From Burkholderiales bacterium (lineage in GTDB: Bacteria; Pseudomonadota; Gammaproteobacteria; Burkholderiales; JABEVD01), in the NCBI GenBank assembly GCA_019753155.1, contig JAIELG010000005.1, positions 59,350-123,349 on the forward strand: a DNA stretch of 64,000 nucleotides, written 5' to 3'. The notes below the pieces were generated by a model, which did no database searches, was not told the DNA's origin, and saw only the letters and a program-made list of their open reading frames with translations. Positions 31,708 to 42,043 of the stretch are shown piece by piece (within the stretch, counting starts at the first letter, position 1; the number at the start of each line of letters is the position of its first letter). A program made the translations under genes and the position numbers.

Positions 31708-32686
31708 GGATGGAACTCCCTTGCGCCGCCTTGCGCGCGCCTGCCGCCGCTTCGCCTTTGACCAGCTTGGGCACGGACGGGCAATGTTTCGCAAGGATTT
31801 CGTCCAGCCGTTCGAAAGCCACCGCCCGACTGTTGTGCGATACTTTCACACTGTTTGGACCCAGCACGTCACGGCAGATCCGCTTGAAGTCCGGATCATC
31901 CGCCGACACGGCGCAGCCGCTTGCAGCCACGATCCGGGAGAGCATGAGGCAGGCCCGGACGGTCGGCCTGCAGTTGTTGACGCCCAGATCGCGAAATTCC
32001 CGGACGATATCCACTATGGCCTTGGAGTGCTTCCACGGCAGACCCGACTTGGTCTGCGTGATAGCGACTTCCGTTTCCAGGTCATGGTGATCGAGGGTGA
32101 TGGTGATCATGCGGTCGAGCAGGGCGTCCTGGCTCTTGTGCACCCCGGCGTATTCCTCCGGGTTGCTCGTGAAAATAGCGCAGAAGTTCGGGTGGACCTG
32201 CAGGTAGGATTCGCCCAGATGTATGCTGGGAAGCTCCAGGAGGCGTTCTTCCAGGATGGACAGGAGCACGTTGTTGGCTTCCGGTCTCGATCGGGTAAAC
32301 TCATCGTAAATCAGGGTGAATCCGTATTTGCATGCCGTGGTGAGCCGATTGTCCACCCACTGCTTGGAAACGCTCTCCTCCTTTTTCAGGACGGAATGGA
32401 TGTAATTGTCGATAACCTTGGTCGAGCGATAACCGGATTGCGCGCCGATCAGGTCGGAACTGGCGAACTCGTCATTGCCGTGAAGCAGCACGACCTGCCG
32501 CCCCAGTTGTGCGGCAACGTGCATGGCAAGCGTCGTTTTGCCGGTGCCGGCCGCCCCGCAGAAATGAATCGGATACCCTGCCTGAAGGTAGTCCAGCGCT
32601 CTTTGGGTGACGCTTTCGATATAGGGGGTTTCGACAAAATCCGGCTTCCTGTCCAGACTCAGAACCGTCAACTCTTCCTGCATCAT
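31697..32686 (-). CDS. gvpN: Gas vesicle AAA+ ATPase GvpN
   Basis: GAAGTGKTTLA, IDNYIHSV, WVDNRLTTAC, YDEFTRSRPEANN, TSNPEEYAGVHKSQDALLDR. Confidence 0.97.
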   Translation of the reverse strand: MMQEELTVLSLDRKPDFVETPYIESVTQRALDYLQAGYPIHFCGAAGTGKTTLAMHVAAQLGRQVVLLHGNDEFASSDLIGAQSGYRSTKVIDNYIHSVLKKEESVSKQWVDNRLTTACKYGFTLIYDEFTRSRPEANNVLLSILEERLLELPSIHLGESYLQVHPNFCAIFTSNPEEYAGVHKSQDALLDRMITITLDHHDLETEVAITQTKSGLPWKHSKAIVDIVREFRDLGVNNCRPTVRACLMLSRIVAASGCAVSADDPDFKRICRDVLGPNSVKVSHNSRAVAFERLDEILAKHCPSVPKLVKGEAAAGARKAAQGSSIHGK

Positions 32687-32710
32687 GGTATTCTCCTCGG
32701 GGCGAACGGT

Positions 32711-33700
32711 TTATGGAAAATAGCGGCGCGTGGCTTCGTCTTTTCGAACTTTTCCGCTCTCGGCAAGTTCCGTCCCAAGGCGTCCGACCTGCATTGCGCC
32801 CAGCCCGATTTCCTCGCCGATCTGTCCGGCGGAAATGCCTTCCGGGTGGCAGCTGATGATATTGAAAATCTCCGCAAGCTGGTCTTCGTGGGACATTTCC
32901 GAGGCCCTCTTCCTGTCAACGGCAGGTTCCGGTTGAGCCTTTACCGGACGCGCCGTTGGATGCATTTTGACCGGATGGGCTACCGCCTGCCAGGATTTGC
33001 TTGCGCCCTGGAGATCCTTCTGAAGCGCGCCCAGGACGGAACGAAATCCGTCCAGAAGGAGGTCCACCTCCGAGCGCCTGTTTTGCACGCCGGACGCGAG
33101 GCCGTTCTCCAGTTGCCTTGCCATGTCGCGACGCGCCTGGGTAAAGCCCGCCACGAGATTCCTGGCCTCTGTTTCGATTTCGTTTGTCCGATGCCGGATA
33201 GCTCCGGTCGCCTTCTGTAATTCCTGGGTCATTTCGCGCCCCATCTTTTTACGGGACGTGCGCGCCCTTTTGAGCAGGTTCGAGACTTCCGTATGAGTCA
33301 CATGCACAAAGGCTTTCAATGTTTTGTCCTGTTGCCGTCCGTTGTGGCTGCGCAACTCGCCGAATTTATCCATAAGGGCGGCGACCGCCTGGGAGCGGTT
33401 GTGTTGATCAGCCGCAAGCGAAGTGCGCTGTTCCCGTGCGATGCGCGCACGAGTCAGGTGAAATGAGTGGATCATCCGTTTCGCGCCGGTCGATTCCGCG
33501 CGATATGCTTTGATCCGGGCCTGTCGGCTTTGACCGAAGGCGGTATTCATGGCGCTCGCCATGGCGAGGCGATCTTTCCGATAAGTTGACAACAGCGCTG
33601 CGACATGCGCCCGCACGTCTGCTGTAGCCTGCATTCTCGCCTGTCTCGAAGCGATGACATGTTGCGCTGATGCTTCCATCTGATCTCTCATGGTGCCCAT
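32711..33700 (-). CDS. gvpC: GvpC-like shell-reinforcing protein with a C-terminal winged-helix-like domain
   Basis: Lies between gvpA and gvpN; helical repeats of 40-33-33-40-33 aa with an L..F...R..M pattern; GGAGG RBS before MGTMRD. Confidence 0.8.
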   Translation of the reverse strand: MGTMRDQMEASAQHVIASRQARMQATADVRAHVAALLSTYRKDRLAMASAMNTAFGQSRQARIKAYRAESTGAKRMIHSFHLTRARIAREQRTSLAADQHNRSQAVAALMDKFGELRSHNGRQQDKTLKAFVHVTHTEVSNLLKRARTSRKKMGREMTQELQKATGAIRHRTNEIETEARNLVAGFTQARRDMARQLENGLASGVQNRRSEVDLLLDGFRSVLGALQKDLQGASKSWQAVAHPVKMHPTARPVKAQPEPAVDRKRASEMSHEDQLAEIFNIISCHPEGISAGQIGEEIGLGAMQVGRLGTELAESGKVRKDEATRRYFP

Positions 33701-33720
33701 GCTATCCTCCTGCTGTTGTG

Positions 33721-33757
33721 CCGCCACCCCAGGCCGGATCACCGACCCGGAAGGCGG
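33721..33757 (-). promoter_or_regulatory. GC-rich stem-loop between gvpA and gvpC (mRNA stabiliser or partial terminator)
   Basis: Minus strand CCGCC-TTC-CGGGTCGG-TGAT-CCGGCCTG-GGGT-GGCGG with no U tail. Confidence 0.65.
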
Positions 33758-33773
33758 TTTACAAGGAAACAAA

Positions 33774-33992
33774 TTACGCCGGAACTGCCGCGCTTGCGGT
33801 AAGGCCGATAGCCTCGGCATACTTCAGGTAGGTTTCTACCGAAGCGATCACGACCCGAGCCTCAATAGAGAGCAGTTCGATACCGACCAGGGAGACTTTC
33901 ACCCAAGCGTCGATCACGATCCCCTTATCAAGGATACGGTCCACGACTTCCGCCAGACTCGAAGAGTCCGTAGATTTCTGTACCTTAGCCAT
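33774..33992 (-). CDS. gvpA: Major gas vesicle structural protein GvpA
   Basis: [65 protein letters not shown]. Confidence 0.98.
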   Translation of the reverse strand: MAKVQKSTDSSSLAEVVDRILDKGIVIDAWVKVSLVGIELLSIEARVVIASVETYLKYAEAIGLTASAAVPA

Positions 33993-34054
33993 TTCATTAC
34001 TCCTTAGCGATTAAAGTGAATGAACGGAATTCAACTCCGCCCAATCCATATATG

Positions 34055-34071
34055 AGCAGAAAGCATGCCAA
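34055..34071 (-). promoter_or_regulatory. Sigma54 (-24/-12) promoter of the gvpA operon
   Basis: Minus strand TTGGCATGCTTTCTGCT = GG-N10-GC, about 60 nt upstream of gvpA. Confidence 0.85.
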
Positions 34072-34136
34072 GAAAGAGAATGGCTTGAATGCTCGGTTTG
34101 CAGTCTTGAAGCGGACTATTGGAACATCGCCGTCTA

Positions 34137-34169
34137 TGGAGCGCCTTCCACAGCATGGAATGGTTTCCA
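34137..34169. promoter_or_regulatory. Tandem upstream activator sites for the gvpA promoter
   Basis: TGGAGCGCCTTCCA (34137-34150) and TGGAATGGTTTCCA (34156-34169). Confidence 0.7.
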
Positions 34170-34203
34170 GAAAGAAGCTGTCGTCCTCTTCGCAATAAAC
34201 GGT

Positions 34204-34425
34204 TCACTCCCACTCCTGATCGTCCCGGATTTCATCCAAGCGGTCGAGCAGCTTTGTCTCTTCGGCAGTGAATTCTTCTTCGGTAATCTGCCCGGTCTCG
34301 AGCAGGGTATACAGTTCGGAAAGTCTGTGCGTGATGGACTCGGCCTCCTGGGCGACTTCCTCCTGGGCGATTTTGTGGACTTCCCTGAAGATCCAGAGCA
34401 AACCCTTGAATGGAGCAAGCAGCAT
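34204..34425 (-). CDS. gvpG: Gas vesicle protein GvpG
   Basis: LLAPFKGLLWIF...LETGQITEEEF...LLDRL. Confidence 0.9.
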   Translation of the reverse strand: MLLAPFKGLLWIFREVHKIAQEEVAQEAESITHRLSELYTLLETGQITEEEFTAEETKLLDRLDEIRDDQEWE

Positions 34426-34437
34426 GGTTTATATCCT

Positions 34438-35937
34438 TCAATCAGGGCGGGCCAGCGGCAGGCAAACGGTAAAAACGCTGCCTTCGCCTTTCCGGCTTTC
34501 GACCTCGATGCGGCCTTTATGCTGCTGCACGATCGCGTAGCTGACCGCGAGGCCGAGACCGGTTCCTTTTCCGTTGGAGCGCGTAGTGAAAAACGGATCG
34601 AATATTTTTCCGATCACCTCAGGCGCGATTCCGTAACCCGTATCGCGAACCGACATCAAGGCTTCCCCGCCTTCGGGCTTGAGGGAGACTTCAAGCTGTC
34701 CGCCCCCCGGCATGGCCTGCATGGCGTTGAGCAGCAGGTTCATCGCAACCTGCTGCAGCAGATTCGTGTCGGCCAGCACCGGGACCACGGGGGATGGGAA
34801 ATCCTGAGAGATCTTGACGTTCTGCACCGAAGCCTGGCTGGCGATGAGGTTGAGCGTGTCCTTGAGGATGGTGACGAGGTTGACCTGTTCCACGTGATTT
34901 CCCGACGGGCTGGCAAAACGAAGCAGGGCGTCGATGATGGCGGACGCGCGTCTCGTGGCGTTCGTGATCTTCGCCAGACCTTCCCGCGCCAACAAGGCGG
35001 AGGGAGGAAACTCGGTCTCGAGAAACTGGGCGGCGGAGGAGCATATCGTCAGGGGATTGCGAAGTTCATGGGCAATGCCGCCTGCCATAACGCCCAATGC
35101 GGCAAGTTTTTCGCTCTGGAAAAGCTGCATCTCCAGCGCCCGGCGCTCGGACAGATCCCGGCCCACTGCGACGCAGGAAGTGACCTGCGCCTTTTCGTCG
35201 CAGATCGGGGAAAACGACCATGCGATCCTGACGCGTTGGCCGCTGCGCGTCTTAAGGTCGAGTTCCTGGTCGCTGACGACCTTGCGCGCCTGCAGGCGCC
35301 TCAAAATTCCAATCACTTCATCCCGTTGGGATTCCTCGAACAGATCGAAGAGTATGCGCCCCCTCACATGGTCGGAGGCGTAGCCGGATGTGCGCTCCAA
35401 TGCCGGGTTCCAGCTGATGATCTTGCCTTCGGCATTGGTCGAAATGATGAGGTCGTGGGCATGCTCGACCAGATTGGCCAGATGGCGCTGAACCGAGCGC
35501 GCTTCTTCTATCAGCCGCATTTTCTCGGTAATGTCCTCTAGCAGGATGAGCGCATGATCCCGCCAGACCCCGGCGCGGACGGGCGTGATGAAATAGGAAT
35601 AGGTTCGCGCCGAAAGCCCCGGAGCGCGATAAGCCAGGGGTTCGCCGGTGAAGGATTGTCCTGTGCTGAACGTCGAGCGCAACTTGCTCTCCAGGCCGAT
35701 GTAATCCAGCAGCGGGTCCGGAAACAGGGTCGTGACGCGGGATCCGATGGTCCTGCGTATATCGCGCCTGGTTTTCTCCAGGAAATTCCTGTTGACCCAG
35801 GCCACGTGCAGGGATTCGTCCACGATAATGGTGGAAAACGGCAGGCTGTCGAGCAGGATGCTCTCGTCCGCGACGGATTCGGGCCAGTCCTTGATGGGCA
35901 GAAGGCTCTGCCATGTGCTACCCTGCAGGGCGTTCAT
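34438..35937 (-). CDS. Cytoplasmic double-PAS histidine kinase (NtrB-type, GvrB-like)
   Basis: Two PAS domains, EKLAALGVMAGGIAHELRNPL, NLLLNAMQAM, GKGTGLGL; no transmembrane segment seen. Confidence 0.92.
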   Translation of the reverse strand: MNALQGSTWQSLLPIKDWPESVADESILLDSLPFSTIIVDESLHVAWVNRNFLEKTRRDIRRTIGSRVTTLFPDPLLDYIGLESKLRSTFSTGQSFTGEPLAYRAPGLSARTYSYFITPVRAGVWRDHALILLEDITEKMRLIEEARSVQRHLANLVEHAHDLIISTNAEGKIISWNPALERTSGYASDHVRGRILFDLFEESQRDEVIGILRRLQARKVVSDQELDLKTRSGQRVRIAWSFSPICDEKAQVTSCVAVGRDLSERRALEMQLFQSEKLAALGVMAGGIAHELRNPLTICSSAAQFLETEFPPSALLAREGLAKITNATRRASAIIDALLRFASPSGNHVEQVNLVTILKDTLNLIASQASVQNVKISQDFPSPVVPVLADTNLLQQVAMNLLLNAMQAMPGGGQLEVSLKPEGGEALMSVRDTGYGIAPEVIGKIFDPFFTTRSNGKGTGLGLAVSYAIVQQHKGRIEVESRKGEGSVFTVCLPLARPD

Positions 35938-35953
35938 GGACAGCCTTTCCCGG

Positions 35954-36766
35954 TCAGGCCGGATGGGTTAGTGAGGTGCAGAAATGATGCGGCGGCCATG
36001 GCCCATGCAGTTCCAGGCGCAAGCCATGTTCGCCGTAGAGTCGACGCTGTCCGTCGAGTTTCAGGCAAAAGTTTCGCATGCCGTCGTCTGGAACGAGGAA
36101 CCCCAGATTGAAAACCAGAGGCTCGGTTCCTTCGCTGCGCGGCGAGAAATTCAATTCGGCCGTTTTTGCCGCGGCATCCGCGAGCGCTTCATGGATCGCC
36201 CGCTTTGCCTGACCGGACCATGAGTCGAGTTCGGCCGCGATCAATGCATCGATCTTCTTCTGCGCGAGATAGCGCGCGCCCGGCGTGACAGGCAACTGTG
36301 CCAGCCTGGATGAAATTTCTGGGGTTTCTTCGGAAATGCGCAGGCGCGCCATGTCCTCGTCCAGATAGCCCTTGACCGTCCATTCCGTTTTTCCCCGCAA
36401 GGCATCCAATCCGCAGGATATGGTTTCTGCGTGGCGGGAAAGGAAATCGGCGAGATTTGTCCTGGACTCGAAGATCGTTCCGAATTTCACGGGCAGCACC
36501 GGGGATACGCGCATGACCGCCTCCACAACCTGCTCGTGGCGCCAGGCCCTCGGGGCCAGCCAGTCCAGCGAGCGGAGATTTCCTTCGTGAAACTCGACGA
36601 GGGTGGTTTCCCCGATGACGGCGACCAGACCATCGCGTTCCAGGGAAGATACGGGGTAGCGCTCGTCGACGCCGCTCAGGCCTTGACGGGCCAATTCGCC
36701 TATGACCGGGATGGACTCCTCCCGTGCCAGGCAATACAGATAGATGGCGTTGCCTTCATTATTCAT
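35954..36766 (-). CDS. GvpL/GvpF family gas vesicle protein
   Basis: IYLYC, WLAPRAWRHEQVVE...PVLPVKFGTIF, GPWPPHHF; start at MNNEG. Confidence 0.9.
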   Translation of the reverse strand: MNNEGNAIYLYCLAREESIPVIGELARQGLSGVDERYPVSSLERDGLVAVIGETTLVEFHEGNLRSLDWLAPRAWRHEQVVEAVMRVSPVLPVKFGTIFESRTNLADFLSRHAETISCGLDALRGKTEWTVKGYLDEDMARLRISEETPEISSRLAQLPVTPGARYLAQKKIDALIAAELDSWSGQAKRAIHEALADAAAKTAELNFSPRSEGTEPLVFNLGFLVPDDGMRNFCLKLDGQRRLYGEHGLRLELHGPWPPHHFCTSLTHPA

Positions 36767-38906
36767 TGCCGATTCCCCTTTCCCGCGCCAGATCCGCCAG
36801 GGCTGCATCGAAATGCAGCCGTTCGATGAGGATCGCTGCACGGTCTTTTCCGCTTGCAATCAATTCACGGATGGCGTTTCTGCCCGCACGCTGGCAGATC
36901 GCCTCCAGGTCGGCGCCCGACATGCCTTCCGTGACCGCTGCGACAGCTTCCAGGTCGACATCGGCGGTGATGGGCTTGCCCTGGGCATGCACCTCGAGTA
37001 TTTCCAGGCGTTCAGCTTCGTTCGGGAGCGGGATTTCCACCACGACATCGAAACGGCCCGGCCGCAACAGCGCAGGGTCTATCATGTCGCGCCTGTTGGT
37101 GGCGCCAAGGATCAGCACGTCCTTCAACTTCTCTACTCCGTCCAGTTCGGTCAAAAATTGTCCGACCACGCGCTCGCTCACATGGGCGTCCCCGCCGGCT
37201 GCGGATCGCGTCGGGGCCATGGCATCCAGTTCATCGAAGAATACGATGCAGGGCGCCGCCTGTTTGGCCTTGTGGAAGACCTCCCTGACGGCCCGCTCCG
37301 ATTCGCCCACGTATTTCGACATGAGTGCAGGCCCTTTTACTGAAATGAAATTCACCTGGGTCGTAGTGGCCACTGCCTTGGCGAGCAGCGTTTTGCCGCA
37401 TCCCGGGGGGCCGCAAAGGAGAATGCCCTTGGGCGGGCGCACCCCCGCTCCATCGAACAGATCCCTGTATTTCAGGGGCCATTCCACAGACTCCCGGAGC
37501 AATTGCTTTACCTGATCGAGTCCGCCCACATCTTCCCATTTCGTCGTGGGCACTTCGGCAAACACCTCCCGCATTACGGAAGGCTCGACTTCGTGCAGGG
37601 CATTCATGAAGTCGTCCTTCGCAACCTCGAGCTTCTTCAGGGCATCATAGCGGACCTCGGCGCGAGCGAAATCGATCGAGGAAAAATTCCGCCTCAGGCA
37701 GGTCATCGCGGCCTCGCGGCACAAGGCCTCCAGATCCGCGCCGACAAAGCCGTAGGTGGTTTCGGCGAATTCGGTCAGGTTCACGTCGGAAGCAAGCGGC
37801 ATGCCGCGAGTATGAATTTCCAGGATCTCGAGGCGCCCGTGGCGGTCCGGAATGGAAATGGCGATCTCTCGATCGAACCGGCCGGGGCGTCGCAGCGCCG
37901 GGTCCAGGACATTGGGCAGGTTGGTCGCTGCAATAACGATGACCTGTTTACGTGCCTTGAGACCGTCCATCAATGCCAGAAGCTGCGCCACCACACGCTT
38001 TTCGACTTCGCCCACGGCCGTTTCGCGTCGCGGCGCGATGGCGTCGATTTCATCGATGAAGATAATGCTCGGCGCTTCCCTGTTCGCGTCATCGAATACA
38101 CGGCGCAGGTGGGCTTCGCTTTCGCCGTAAAATTTGTGGATGATTTCCGGCCCGTTGATCGAAAAGAAGCTGGCATCCGTCTCGTGCGCGACAGCTCTTG
38201 CGATCAGGGTTTTTCCGCAACCGGGCGGGCCATGCAGCAGCACGCCCTTGGGTGGATCGATGCCCAGCCTTTCGAATACTTCCGGGTAGCGCAGGGGAAG
38301 TTCGATCATCTCCCTGATATGCTGTATTTCCCGCTTGAGGCCGCCCAGGTCTTCGTAGGCATAAGCCGGATGCGACCGTGCAGCCGGCTTGGTCTCGCTT
38401 CGAGTTCGGCTCACCGTGAGCACGGTTGCAGGGGCGATCACCACCGGTCCTTTGGGCGCGGTATCTTGGACATAGAAGTCTATGGAACGGCTTCCGAACA
38501 ATGCCGCGCGAATGAGATCCCCTTTTATCACGGGCAAGCCATCGAGCAGACTGCCGATATATTCGAGATCCTTGTCGGTCGGAACAATGGTTTGCGGGGA
38601 GAGAACGACCCGCTGCGCGGGTTGCGCCGTCACCTTGCGCACCGATACGGTGTCATCCAGCGAAACCCCTGCGTTGGCGCGGGAAACCCCGTCGAGCTGG
38701 ACCCGCGATGCCGCCCTGGCTTCCTTGTAGGCCGGCATCGCCTTGCACACTGTGCTGCCCTTGCCCAGGATTTCCACGATATCCCCGATCTCGGCGCCGA
38801 TGGAGCGGATATCCGCGGGGTCCATGCGCGCGAAGGCCCGCCCGACATCCTTGCCGAGTCCTTCGCTAACCTTGAGATGCAAGGTCGATTCGCTTTCCGT
38901 TGCCAT
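36759..38906 (-). CDS. CDC48/VAT/p97-family double AAA+ ATPase
   Basis: N-domain (KDVGRAFARMD), D1 GPPGCGKT/FIDEID/LRRPGRFDREI, D2 GPPGCGKT/FFDELD/LLRPGRFD. Confidence 0.95.
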   Translation of the reverse strand: MATESESTLHLKVSEGLGKDVGRAFARMDPADIRSIGAEIGDIVEILGKGSTVCKAMPAYKEARAASRVQLDGVSRANAGVSLDDTVSVRKVTAQPAQRVVLSPQTIVPTDKDLEYIGSLLDGLPVIKGDLIRAALFGSRSIDFYVQDTAPKGPVVIAPATVLTVSRTRSETKPAARSHPAYAYEDLGGLKREIQHIREMIELPLRYPEVFERLGIDPPKGVLLHGPPGCGKTLIARAVAHETDASFFSINGPEIIHKFYGESEAHLRRVFDDANREAPSIIFIDEIDAIAPRRETAVGEVEKRVVAQLLALMDGLKARKQVIVIAATNLPNVLDPALRRPGRFDREIAISIPDRHGRLEILEIHTRGMPLASDVNLTEFAETTYGFVGADLEALCREAAMTCLRRNFSSIDFARAEVRYDALKKLEVAKDDFMNALHEVEPSVMREVFAEVPTTKWEDVGGLDQVKQLLRESVEWPLKYRDLFDGAGVRPPKGILLCGPPGCGKTLLAKAVATTTQVNFISVKGPALMSKYVGESERAVREVFHKAKQAAPCIVFFDELDAMAPTRSAAGGDAHVSERVVGQFLTELDGVEKLKDVLILGATNRRDMIDPALLRPGRFDVVVEIPLPNEAERLEILEVHAQGKPITADVDLEAVAAVTEGMSGADLEAICQRAGRNAIRELIASGKDRAAILIERLHFDAALADLARERGIGNE

Positions 38907-38911
38907 GGATA

Positions 38912-39505
38912 CTATTCCGCTGGGGGCGATTTGGCGAAGGTGATCTCGAGTATGCCGTTGCGGCAGGCGTAACTCATCCTGTCCGGAGTAAAGCTTTGGG
39001 GCAGCAGGATTTCTTTCGCATATTTCGCTTCGCCCTGTTCGGCTTCGAGCGCGAGCACGTCGTCATGCAACTCCAGGCGGATATCTTCCTGGGTGACGCC
39101 GGGCACTTCCGCTACGACCAGCACGCGATCGGGCTCATCGAATATGTCCGTCATGGGCTTGCGGATTTCCTGCACCACGACCCGCCCGGTTTCCTTATCC
39201 TTCTGGATATTTCCGAAGGGTTCCACTTTAGGGTTCTGCTCGCCCAGGACGGTTTTCACCGAAATGCCGTAAACGCCGCGTATCGCCTTCTGCGACCCGA
39301 CGGCGAATTCTCCTTTTTCGTTCGCTTCGCCTCCCGCATGCTCGGCTTTTTCCACAAGGTCGCTCAACAGGCCGACCAGAGCGCCCAGGCCGCCGACCGG
39401 ACCCTGGGACTTGGTGGTTTCTTCCCTGCCGAACAAGCCGCCCAATCTGCGTCCGATTTCCTGAATGCGCCGCTTGCCTTCCTCTAAATCCTCCTGCGTA
39501 GCCAT
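38912..39505 (-). CDS. Hsp20/alpha-crystallin domain protein (GvpH-like)
   Basis: VYGISVK, VEPFGNI, PMTDIFDE...AEVPGV...KEILLP...NGILEI. Confidence 0.88.
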   Translation of the reverse strand: MATQEDLEEGKRRIQEIGRRLGGLFGREETTKSQGPVGGLGALVGLLSDLVEKAEHAGGEANEKGEFAVGSQKAIRGVYGISVKTVLGEQNPKVEPFGNIQKDKETGRVVVQEIRKPMTDIFDEPDRVLVVAEVPGVTQEDIRLELHDDVLALEAEQGEAKYAKEILLPQSFTPDRMSYACRNGILEITFAKSPPAE

Positions 39506-39534
39506 GCGCGTCCCTCCTCAGTTGTATTCAAGAT

Positions 39535-39551
39535 TGCACAATCCATGCCAA
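39535..39551 (-). promoter_or_regulatory. Sigma54 promoter of the hsp20-cdc48-gvpL-kinase-gvpG operon
   Basis: Minus strand TTGGCATGGATTGTGCA = GG-N10-GC, 30 nt upstream of the start codon. Confidence 0.85.
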
Positions 39552-39604
39552 TTGAAATGCCGTCTGCACGACAGGTATGGCGGATCACAATGGCGGTCCG
39601 GCTA

Positions 39605-39622
39605 GGGACGAAACTCCATAAC

Positions 39623-39638
<16 letters not shown>
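39605..39638. promoter_or_regulatory. Tandem upstream activator sites for the second sigma54 promoter
   Basis: GGGACGAAACTCCA (39605-39618) and AGGAATGCATTCCA (39625-39638). Confidence 0.62.
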
Positions 39639-41138
<1,500 letters not shown>

Positions 41139-41146
<8 letters not shown>

Positions 41147-41795
41147 GAGCCTCGACCGCGCCGGAAAGCGCGGATACCAGTCTCTTTACGAGGAAATCCG
41201 TATCTATGAGCGGTTCCACCGAATGGGCAAGTCCAAGAAAAAGCAGCCCGATTTCTCCCGGCAAAAGGGTGCTGTTTATCCGGGCGGCAATATGCCGGTC
41301 CCGCTCGGCGAGCAGGCGCAGGCTTCGTTCCTGCATGGAGTCGTCGCGGGATGGGGCGGCGAGCGCTTCCTTGTGGAACTGGTATTCCCTGACCAACAGT
41401 TCGGGATTTTCCGTGCCCATCAAATTGGCTCCGCGGCTGACGAGATCGAGGATCAATTGGTAATTCCTGCTGCCCTGCCCCGCCACCTCCCTGACGATTT
41501 CCATCTCGCGCCCGCATTCCGGCAGGCCGTCCTGGTAAATGCGCACCTTGTCATAAGGCAGATTGAGCGATTCGATGGCCTGGGTGATTGCACTCCATAA
41601 TTCATCCACGGTTTTCACATGCCTGTCCCACTTTTCGGCGCCGTATCGCTGCACGTATTCGCGCTTCAGTTCGGACAAGAGGAGTCCCATGTCCTGCTCG
41701 CTGTGGATGATAGGGATCGAGATCAGCAGGCGCATGCCCTGCGCCCGCTTCTCGCTGGTGGCTTCCTCCGCCTGCCCGAGCCCTGCAATCTTCAT
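41139..41795 (-). CDS. Hypothetical protein coupled to the activator gene; TraB/Tiki/ChaN-like motifs
   Basis: Overlaps the regulator start; PIIH, IYQDGLP, ERDRHIAARIN...LLFLGLAH; start 41795 or 41735. Confidence 0.7.
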
Positions 41796-42043
41796 GCTGC
41801 TCAAGGTTTTTCCATTTTTTTGATTAAAGATCCGCCTCCGAGACCGGGGCGCGATACTTTGCGTCGCTATGGAACGCACTCCCCATGTATAGCCTACGGA
41901 AGGAGTCCCCGCAAGGGTGGTTTCGCGGGAATGTCAAACTTGACAGGGTGCAATGGAAAGTTCCGGAAGGATTGATCTTGTCAATTCGAACCGGAAAATC
42001 TTCCGATGCTGCGGCAATATCGAAAGCGATGTCTGTCCGGCGG

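Noticed and set aside
41972..41984. FNR-like box TTGATCTTGTCAA
   Set aside because: Spacing is one base short of TTGAT-N4-ATCAA and it has a mismatch
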